DNA of 64,000 nucleotides, taken from the IMG/VR virus record IMGVR_UViG_3300031418_000003, one strand, 5' to 3'. Made by a program: the position numbers and the translations under genes. Source of the DNA: a virus (lineage: Duplodnaviria > Caudoviricetes). The notes under the pieces are model-generated. The model saw nothing but the letters and a program-made list of their open reading frames with translations. It was not told where the DNA came from and ran no database searches. Every line of letters begins with the position of its first letter. The first letter of the stretch is position 1. Shown piece by piece: positions 46,297-53,847 of this stretch.

Positions 46297-46740
46297 TCAG
46301 TTAAACAGGTACTCTAATTTAGAAGGACGATACTGACCTTTAGAAACGTGATTCAACTTAAAGTTATAGCGGTTCACGAAGATGCGGCTATAATGATGAA
46401 TGAGTTCTTCGGAGACAGTAACAACAGGACGATCATGTTCGAGTAATTCCAACATGGAATCAATCAGCCGAACACCAATACCATTTCCCTGGTAATCAGG
46501 GTGAACCCGCACACAACGTAGCTTGGTTTCATCAGTGGTTGATTTACCCAATGCCACACCTGCGATATGCTGACCATCACGGGCAATCAACAGCTTATCA
46601 TTCCCAGTCATCAGACCAGGAACGACTTGATTGACATACCAATATGAAACATCAGGGTAGAACTGATCCAGGGTCGCAATAAACGGCAACACTTGAAACG
46701 CTGCGGTCATTGAAGTTTCGGTGTGAATAGCAACACTCAT
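46297..46740 (-). CDS. GNAT-family N-acetyltransferase
   Basis: IAGVALGK, KLRCVRVHPDYQGNGIGVRL (motif A), PVVTVSEE, LEYLFN. Confidence 0.85.
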   Translation of the reverse strand: MSVAIHTETSMTAAFQVLPFIATLDQFYPDVSYWYVNQVVPGLMTGNDKLLIARDGQHIAGVALGKSTTDETKLRCVRVHPDYQGNGIGVRLIDSMLELLEHDRPVVTVSEELIHHYSRIFVNRYNFKLNHVSKGQYRPSKLEYLFN

Positions 46741-47018
46741 TTGATATCTCGGGTTACAGTGATGAGTTCATCGTTCATCTGAATAAGAACTTTGGCTTTC
46801 TCGTACACAACTTTCCCAAGATCCGTGAGGGCGCCTTGACGATGAAAACGTTGCATCAGAGGACCACCAATAATCTCTTCCAGATTCGTTATATGTGTGG
46901 CCAGCGAGTGTTGGCTTTTGCCAAGAATAAGAGCCGCCCCCTTATAGGAGCGACCCTCAACAACGGCCACAAATGTTCTCAAATACTTAATTGAGAGATT
47001 TGCGAAGTTGGTTTTCAT
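46737..47018 (-). CDS. HTH-only LysR-family protein (divergent)
   Basis: YLRTFVAVVEGRSYKGAALILGKSQHSLATHITNLEEIIG..L...LTDLG; 93 aa; no effector-binding domain. Confidence 0.82.
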   Translation of the reverse strand: MKTNFANLSIKYLRTFVAVVEGRSYKGAALILGKSQHSLATHITNLEEIIGGPLMQRFHRQGALTDLGKVVYEKAKVLIQMNDELITVTRDIK

Positions 47019-47491
47019 TCTTCCAGCGGTTCCTGTTCCAGGTATTCATTAACTTCTTTTACCAGGTCAGAATCTTCGATTGGGAACACCCAGGTGACAG
47101 TTTCCAGATTGAAGTCAGCTTTGGTAATAATCTGTTTTACCGTATCTGAGTATCTCAGGATATAGAGACCGTCGGTACTGACGGAGACATTGATGTCTTC
47201 TGGACGGATATCTGGACCTAGTCGAATCGCATATCGCTTGTACCATTCATCTGCGACATATTTTAGATGTTTATCCAGCCCATCGATGCCGCCAGGGTAT
47301 GTACTGCCATCGAATACCGGGCTAACACCATTAAGGAAACCGGAGACGTTATTGAGCAGCTCTACCTGAAGTTCTTTGGCGATAGCGTTACGCTCTTTTT
47401 GCGCGTAAGCGGGTTTCAAGACTTCTTGAATCTCTGTACGTTCTTCATCGGTGATGGGAAGAGAATAATGAACGATTGTTTTCTTAGTCAT
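47015..47491 (-). CDS. Hypothetical protein, family A paralog (directly upstream of LysR-HTH 1)
   Basis: MTKKTIVHYSLPITDEERTEI; ATGA-coupled to the LysR-HTH gene. Confidence 0.65.
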   Translation of the reverse strand: MTKKTIVHYSLPITDEERTEIQEVLKPAYAQKERNAIAKELQVELLNNVSGFLNGVSPVFDGSTYPGGIDGLDKHLKYVADEWYKRYAIRLGPDIRPEDINVSVSTDGLYILRYSDTVKQIITKADFNLETVTWVFPIEDSDLVKEVNEYLEQEPLEE

Positions 47492-47585
47492 GATAACATT
47501 CCTTATTACGGGTTGATGGAACTGACATTTATTCTAAACATGTCAACGGTTGTTGATTTTTATTTCTTAAAGATAAGATGAAAGT

Positions 47586-48005
47586 TTATTGCACTTCGTT
47601 ATTGAAAAAGCCTTTCCATTCACCCGTCGGATTCACACAATCAAAATCTTTCATTTGATTAATGTACAATGCAACAGCAGCAGGAGTTGCGATGGTACCA
47701 GACCAATCACTGCGGTCTAATACAGCGGCACCCACATTGCGAATAATAGCATGCCCGTTGTCAGCCATATAAACACAACCAACCAATACACCATTGACTT
47801 CTTCTACGCCAGTGGAGAGATTAACGTCATAACCACTACCATACCCGTCTTGGAGTAGAGGATTACCGAAAGCGTCTTTGATCCTTTCCAGTAACGCCTC
47901 CAATGAGAAGTCACGACGATCCACTTTAGCAATAATGCCAACAGTATCTTCCTGACCTTCGTTAGGTTCCAGGTCTTTAATTAAGAAAGCAAGTTCAATA
48001 GCCAT
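47586..48005 (-). CDS. Hypothetical protein
   Basis: 139-aa ORF. Confidence 0.65.
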   Translation of the reverse strand: MAIELAFLIKDLEPNEGQEDTVGIIAKVDRRDFSLEALLERIKDAFGNPLLQDGYGSGYDVNLSTGVEEVNGVLVGCVYMADNGHAIIRNVGAAVLDRSDWSGTIATPAAVALYINQMKDFDCVNPTGEWKGFFNNEVQ

Positions 48006-48007
48006 GA

Positions 48008-48508
48008 TTAATCCTTAAAGCGGTGAATTGGGAAATTACTTTTCTTTAGCAGTATACTGTTAGCCATAGATATGGCCTTAACAATATCATCGGTCCCGTT
48101 AAATGTACGAGCGGGAACACAGTAGAGACTTTTATCCCGATCAAATACACGCTGAATATCAGGAGAGTATTCAAACGTGAAAGTAAGTGTTCCGACAACT
48201 TCAACTTTGAAAACACCTCCAGAAGCCAATTCGACGGGACTGGTGCGCGCGCTGAGGAATTGACTCTTCCAATTATGGACTCCCTCGTGAATCAACTGCG
48301 ACAATTTCGAGTGGTATGAATCAGGGTTAAGCGTACTCCTGATTGCATAAAACTTTTCTTTAGCTTCTTCAAGATAAAGGCTCAGAACACGTACCGATTT
48401 GTCAACAGCTTCAGTAATATCGTTGTTGTCGATGATCTCGTAGATTTCGCGCCTCTGCTCGTCGTTCTCAACAGGAAGTAAAAACAACTCAATATTTTTC
48501 TTAGCCAT
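48008..48508 (-). CDS. Hypothetical protein, family A paralog
   Basis: MAKKNIELFLLPVENDEQRREIYEI; FEYSPDIQRVFDRD...P. Confidence 0.6.
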   Translation of the reverse strand: MAKKNIELFLLPVENDEQRREIYEIIDNNDITEAVDKSVRVLSLYLEEAKEKFYAIRSTLNPDSYHSKLSQLIHEGVHNWKSQFLSARTSPVELASGGVFKVEVVGTLTFTFEYSPDIQRVFDRDKSLYCVPARTFNGTDDIVKAISMANSILLKKSNFPIHRFKD

Positions 48509-48512
48509 GGTA

Positions 48513-49124
48513 TCATCCCTTCACAATAGGTAAATTTTTAAGGTCAGCTCGACGATGCTGGGTGATGTTGATTTCTTTATTACCTTCACGAGTTTTGATA
48601 AGATAACGACCATCGCGGTAATCGGTGATAATGATCCCATCGATCATGCCGTGTTTACCCACATACAGTGCCTGTTCTGGATGAACACATTTATCGCTAC
48701 TCTGATAAACACTGGCTTGTTTCTTGGTCAGTCCTACTTGTTCCATAAAGATTTTTGTATCGCGCTCCAGTGCGTATTTAAACCGATCCATGGCATCTTT
48801 CAGTACATCCAGATTACCATCGAAGGTACTCGTTCTTGCGTGGTACAAGAACGTGGCATTTGGGTAAGACAAACGGACAAAATCACTGTTCTGAGGAAAT
48901 AAGGCACAACTGGACGCACAGTACCCACGGGATACAATTGTAATGGGGACATCAAGAGCAATGAGTGAGTCAAGAATTGCCTGTTTGTAAGACACTGCTC
49001 CTCCCGGACCCATCATGTAAACTAAAGTTGGTTTACGTTCGAGGGAGTCAATACGATTAAAGAATCTTGGGCCGGTGTCTTTGTTAAACCCACCCATTAA
49101 ATCTAATACGTTATAATCAGGCAT
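48513..49124 (-). CDS. clpP: ClpP-like serine protease
   Basis: GPGG, YCASS (Ser), FLYHAR (His), SDKCVHPEQAL (Asp), GMIDGII; first gene after a promoter motif. Confidence 0.8.
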   Translation of the reverse strand: MPDYNVLDLMGGFNKDTGPRFFNRIDSLERKPTLVYMMGPGGAVSYKQAILDSLIALDVPITIVSRGYCASSCALFPQNSDFVRLSYPNATFLYHARTSTFDGNLDVLKDAMDRFKYALERDTKIFMEQVGLTKKQASVYQSSDKCVHPEQALYVGKHGMIDGIIITDYRDGRYLIKTREGNKEINITQHRRADLKNLPIVKG

Positions 49125-49164
49125 TAAAAATTTCCTAAAGTAAATAAATGGATTTGTACAAGTA

Positions 49165-49182
49165 GATAATGTCAGCCTGAAA
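49165..49182 (-). promoter_or_regulatory. Putative early promoter motif
   Basis: Minus strand TTTCAGGCTGACATTATC followed by tacttgtaca. Confidence 0.6.
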
Positions 49183-49367
49183 AGATTTACACCTGAAAAA
49201 CAAAAAGGATGATTACTACGTAATCGCTAATTATACAAATCCTCCCTACCCTCACCTTCGGTAACATCCTAAGTAAATAATATAACTCTTCCTAGAAAAT
49301 AAATTATTAGTTGAAGTGTAATCATTAGCTAACCAAATTTAACTTACACCACAGGACTTCTATCACG

Positions 49368-50078
49368 ATGGCTTACACTACTTTTGACACCAACAAAAAC
49401 GATCAATTAAAAGAACACATGTTCTTCGGTCAGAACGTTAACGTTTCCCGCTATGACCAGCAGAAGTATGAGATCTTTGAAAAGCTGATTGAAAAACAAC
49501 TCTCTTTCTTCTGGCGTCCGGAAGAAGTCGATGTCTCTAAAGACCGCATCGATTACCAGAACCTGCCTGATCATGAAAAGCACATCTTCATCTCTAACCT
49601 GAAATACCAGACCCTGCTGGATTCCGTACAGGGTCGTGGTCCTAACGTGTGTCTGCTTCCGATCGTCTCCCTGCCAGAGCTGGAAACCTGGATTGAAACC
49701 TGGGCGTTCTCTGAAACGATTCACTCACGCTCCTACACGCACATCATCCGCAACATCGTCAATGATCCGTCGATCGTCTTTGATGACATTGTCGGTAATG
49801 AACACATCGTGGCGCGTGCTGCCGAAGTCAGTAAGTATTATGATGAACTGATCAACCTGGTTCAGCTGTGGCAGCAGTTCGGTGAAGGTAATCACGTCTT
49901 CAACGGTGAGAAGGTTCGTATCACTCTGCGGGATTTGAAGAAGAAACTTTATGTCTGCCTGCATTCCGTTAATGCCCTGGAAGCCATTCGTTTCTACGTA
50001 TCGTTCGCATGCTCATTCGCCTTTGCTGAACGTTCACTGATGGAAGGCAATGCCAAGATCATCAAACTGATCGCCCGT
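49368..50078 (+). CDS. nrdB: Ribonucleotide reductase class Ia beta subunit, exon 1
   Basis: [42 protein letters not shown]; ends at KLIAR (CGT). Confidence 0.96.
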
Positions 50079-51067
50079 TAAATCTAGCGGCCTTAGGTAG
50101 TGATGCCTATTGAATAACACTGTTAACTCAGGGGAAGTCTCACGTAGACAATCCTGATCTATTTAACTTCTACTTCTCCATGTTATGCATGATACTTTTA
50201 ACTGGAGATGAATTGATGCACAATTATTATCCTGTGTGGATATCTGAGCATTATTTAGTCTACCCTGATGGAAGAGTATGGTCTGAACAAAACCAGATCT
50301 TCTTAAAGAAAACATTGAGTAAATTTTCCGGTTATTATATATTTGGAAAGAATGTTACTAAAGTAGTTGGTGGGTCTCCGACTCTCCATCGTATTTTAGC
50401 TCATTGTTTTAAAGGTGGGATCCCGGAAGGAATGGTTATAGACCATCTTGATGGAAATAAACTGAATAACGATCTTGATAACATTGAGATAATTACTCAC
50501 ACTGAAAACACAAAACGTGCTTATGAGAAAGGATTGGCCAAAGGTAAGAAAGGTCATGAGAATTCGGGCGCTAAGTTATCAGAGGTGGAAGCGATTAGGG
50601 TATTTGAGTGTCTGCAAAGAGGATGGTGCAATAATTCCATCGCTAAGCAGTTCAAACTTCATCCGAGATATGTTTCATTATTGAGACACGGTAAACGTTG
50701 GAAGCATCTTCATGACTTCTACGGTCCGTTCGGTGAATCTATTCCTATCGATAAGTTTGTTGACAAATACGTCATATACTTAAAGATGAAAGATACTCAT
50801 ACCAATAAAGAAATCGCTAAAGCTGCACAAGTTGACCAAAGCACAGTTTCACGCTGGCGCAGTGGCCATACAAGAAGTTAAGTAGTGCAACGATCATCGA
50901 AACCACATCTTAATGGATGGAAGGGAGTAGAGTAGGGCACAAGCCAATGGTGCTCGAAAAGCAGTGGGTCTCAGTAATGAGATCGTGATATGATCTGGTC
51001 TGCATGGCGACATGTAGCAGTTCTTAAGAGAACGGGGTAGGTCTTGCGAACCTATTCGAACATAACG
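50079..51067 (+). mobile_element. Group I self-splicing intron (989 nt) in nrdB
   Basis: Exon 1 ends in U and the intron ends in G (ACG/GAC). Splicing restores IAR/DEALH and a 376-aa NrdB. P4-like tcagggga/aatcctga and P7-like gatcat/atgatc elements are visible. Confidence 0.9.
50216..50881 (+). CDS. Intron-encoded HNH homing endonuclease with C-terminal HTH domains
   Basis: LHRILAHCF, IDHLDGNKLNNDLDNIE...EN; GHENSGAKLSE and two HTH-like segments; GGAGA RBS. Confidence 0.9.
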   Translation: MHNYYPVWISEHYLVYPDGRVWSEQNQIFLKKTLSKFSGYYIFGKNVTKVVGGSPTLHRILAHCFKGGIPEGMVIDHLDGNKLNNDLDNIEIITHTENTKRAYEKGLAKGKKGHENSGAKLSEVEAIRVFECLQRGWCNNSIAKQFKLHPRYVSLLRHGKRWKHLHDFYGPFGESIPIDKFVDKYVIYLKMKDTHTNKEIAKAAQVDQSTVSRWRSGHTRS

Positions 51068-51487
51068 GACGAAGCGCTTCATATGACCGGTACTCAGCAC
51101 ATGCTGAACCTGATGTGGACAGGTCAGGATGATCCGGAACTTCAGGAGATCGCTGAAGAGTGTCGTGAAGAAGTTCAGGCCATGTTCAAGCTTGCTGCAG
51201 AGCAAGAGAAAGACTGGGCAGACTACCTGTTCGAAGGTGGCTCCATGATCGGGCTGAACAAAGATATCCTCTGTCAGTATATCGAATACGTCACCAACAT
51301 CCGTATGGGTGCAGTTGGTTTGGATCTTCCGTACAAGACCAAGTCTAACCCAATCCCGTGGATCAACAGTTGGTTGGTATCTGATAACGTACAGGTGGCT
51401 CCGCAGGAAGTTGAAGTGTCATCTTACCTGGTAGGTCAGATTGACTCTGACGTTGACGCCGATGATTTTAAAGGTTTCGACCTGTAA
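51068..51487 (+). CDS. nrdB: Ribonucleotide reductase beta subunit, exon 2
   Basis: [42 protein letters not shown]. Confidence 0.96.
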   Translation, partial: DEALHMTGTQHMLNLMWTGQDDPELQEIAEECREEVQAMFKLAAEQEKDWADYLFEGGSMIGLNKDILCQYIEYVTNIRMGAVGLDLPYKTKSNPIPWINSWLVSDNVQVAPQEVEVSSYLVGQIDSDVDADDFKGFDL

Positions 51488-51500
51488 TTAATCCTGATGT

Positions 51501-51525
51501 GAGAGTTGGGTAACCCCCAACTCTC
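51501..51525 (+). terminator. Hairpin after nrdB
   Basis: gagagttggg-taacc-cccaactctc. Confidence 0.6.
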
Positions 51526-51580
51526 CATTATGAAAATTCTATGCTCAGTATCAATTTGACTTACCGGCAAAAGAGGATTT

Positions 51581-53728
51581 ATGACTAATGAAATACTGGT
51601 GTCCGTGAATAATCGCGACATCTATTTTAGAACAGACGGTGCAATCAACGGTGATGTGGTTACCGTAGCATCGATGATCGTTTGGAGTGACGATAAGACA
51701 CCTATTGAAGATCTCACTATCTCTGATCAATTTATTTCGGGTAACTATCTCCCAGTGGGTGACTTACGTGCAACTAACCGTTTCTATGATCTTCAAACAG
51801 GCATCTACTGGTTTGATGTGAAGCTCAAAGATATCATCGAGGAAGCACACGTCATTCTTCAGACCACCGGTACGGCTAACGGCTCTGCTATTCCAGTTCG
51901 GTTTGAATTTAATCTTGTTGGTCCTTCTCCGTTGGTGGTTTCTCCTGTGTCCTTTAATGGAAACAAAATGGAGTTTGATGTTTCTGCTAAGCAAGGGAAG
52001 CTGCTACGGTACCCGTTAGCACTGCTGGCATCCCGTGAGATTGATGGGAATGCGGATGCGCCTGCCAGCAAAGAAAAGAAGATTCCGTATTCTTTCTATG
52101 TGCCGATTAGTAACAATGATCAAAACACTTATGCGGTTATGGGTCAGGCAGAGGTTGACGGTCTGAAGTATAACTTTGTGGCGAGGGCATCGGTTAAGAC
52201 CAATGACGGAACAGTTACTGTCGAACAGATTGGCGAAAACTTGTTGGCGGTTGACGTTAAGCTTAGTAACGTAAGTACGCATATTGGTATCGGATTACCG
52301 CTTAAGTTTCAATTCTCCAATGGAACCTACGGAATTGTTAACCAAGTACAGAATTTCTCTGTACAAGGTGACACTGTTCATTTTGAATTCCTGGTTAATG
52401 ATATTAAAGATCAGGAGCAAGTTACCGTTGCTTTTCACTTAACTGAAGGTGACAATCAGAACGCCCCGATTTTCTTTAAAAGTAGCACCCCTGTTAAACG
52501 TTGGAATAACGGCCAGACCAAGATCAACGTTGTGGTCGATTCCCATACCTTTAAACGTACGCTGCAATCTTTGTACATGTCGGTATTTTGGGAAGACGGG
52601 ACGCCGGTGACCGGCTTTAAAGTAAAGAACGTGAAACCTGATGCGGAAGTGGGTGGCCGTGGCAACCGTATCATTATTGCCCGCAGTGTCTCGCTGAATA
52701 TCCATCAGCGTAATACATTGACCTTAACTGGCGATATCGATCTTTCACCGTTTGGTATCGAAGAAGTCGTTCCTTTCTCCGAATCGATTACTGTTGGCAG
52801 CGACGTCCTCCCGGCTCGTATGTTCAGTGGCCATGGTTTGGTGGTTGGGGATAAGGTCTTTATCCAACTGGCTCCTCGTCAGAATAACGGCAATATCTTT
52901 AAAGACGTCAAGATCAAGTCGGTGAATAAGATCACGACTGTTCCTGATCTTCAGTACGACACTGAACAGGGTATTGTTGGATTTACAATCCCCAACACAG
53001 CGATTAAAGTAGTAGACGATCGTGCTGATATGGCGATTGAATTCTTGTTTACAGGAGAGAAGGATTACTCGTTCTCCTATAAAGGTTCAATCAAGGTTGA
53101 TGTCCCTTATTCTATTACAGTAGATAAGCCTGTTTGGGGGTATCGTCGGGATTCGTTGACCGATCAAGTTTATATCGATGCTACCTGGGTGCTGCGTGGT
53201 AATGACGGACATTATCCTAACATCGCCAACATGACCCAATTTCGTGTCAATGGAATGGATTCAGTCTATACACAGAAGTATAACTCCGGATACGGGGCAT
53301 TGGTCGTTTCCTTCCCTGTGGATTTAAAGAGCGGAAATAGCCTGTATGTGGACGCTGTGGCATCGGCATCAGGATTAGGTACGTTCTTACACCTTCCTGC
53401 CATTGATGCCCGTTACCGTGAGCCTGGGACCGCTGTTTACGTTGATCATGAATTCATTGGGGATAAACAGGTTAAAGTCTTCTTTGATATTCAGGGTTGG
53501 GGATCTGAACCGCCGTTTGAAGTTCAATTGGATGATCAATCCTGGAACCGCCAACAAGGGGTTAAACTTGGAAAGACACGTTCTGAGTATGACAACAAGA
53601 AAGGTCGGTTAACCGTGGTGTTTGATATTTACGATATCAATGCCCCGGTATTCTCAGCCAGCACTGAGATGAAGTTTGACTTTGCAGACACAACAATTTA
53701 TCCGATCAGTTTCTCCTTTACCAAATAA
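51581..53728 (+). CDS. 715-aa beta-strand-rich protein, putative tandem beta-sandwich virion/tail accessory
   Basis: V/T/F/Y-rich alternating pattern throughout; directly upstream of the giant repeat gene. Confidence 0.55.
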   Translation: MTNEILVSVNNRDIYFRTDGAINGDVVTVASMIVWSDDKTPIEDLTISDQFISGNYLPVGDLRATNRFYDLQTGIYWFDVKLKDIIEEAHVILQTTGTANGSAIPVRFEFNLVGPSPLVVSPVSFNGNKMEFDVSAKQGKLLRYPLALLASREIDGNADAPASKEKKIPYSFYVPISNNDQNTYAVMGQAEVDGLKYNFVARASVKTNDGTVTVEQIGENLLAVDVKLSNVSTHIGIGLPLKFQFSNGTYGIVNQVQNFSVQGDTVHFEFLVNDIKDQEQVTVAFHLTEGDNQNAPIFFKSSTPVKRWNNGQTKINVVVDSHTFKRTLQSLYMSVFWEDGTPVTGFKVKNVKPDAEVGGRGNRIIIARSVSLNIHQRNTLTLTGDIDLSPFGIEEVVPFSESITVGSDVLPARMFSGHGLVVGDKVFIQLAPRQNNGNIFKDVKIKSVNKITTVPDLQYDTEQGIVGFTIPNTAIKVVDDRADMAIEFLFTGEKDYSFSYKGSIKVDVPYSITVDKPVWGYRRDSLTDQVYIDATWVLRGNDGHYPNIANMTQFRVNGMDSVYTQKYNSGYGALVVSFPVDLKSGNSLYVDAVASASGLGTFLHLPAIDARYREPGTAVYVDHEFIGDKQVKVFFDIQGWGSEPPFEVQLDDQSWNRQQGVKLGKTRSEYDNKKGRLTVVFDIYDINAPVFSASTEMKFDFADTTIYPISFSFTK

Positions 53729-53732
53729 CCAA

Positions 53733-53763
53733 TAGAGCTTCTGGGTCAGACCCAGAAGCTCTA
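53733..53763. terminator. Hairpin (family 2)
   Basis: tagagcttctggg-tcaga-cccagaagctcta. Confidence 0.7.
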
Positions 53764-53847
53764 GTTATAATGTAAGGTGTTTCGAATCTTTTGCTTTAGT
53801 AATTTAATCGACCTTAGAATATTTTCATGTAATAGGAGATCTGCTAA

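Noticed and set aside
49125-49367. Longer intergenic region as a possible tRNA/ncRNA
   Set aside because: No cloverleaf, T-loop or CCA pattern; content fits divergent promoters. No tRNA or rRNA was recognised anywhere in the window.
50079-50081. nrdB apparent premature stop suggesting a pseudogene
   Set aside because: The TAA is the first intron triplet; splicing restores a full 376-aa NrdB.
910-51583. TATG overlapping many + strand start codons as phiKZ-type late promoters giving leaderless mRNA
   Set aside because: Most of these genes have upstream SD-like sequences, and T before ATG is common in AT-rich genomes; TSS data would be needed.
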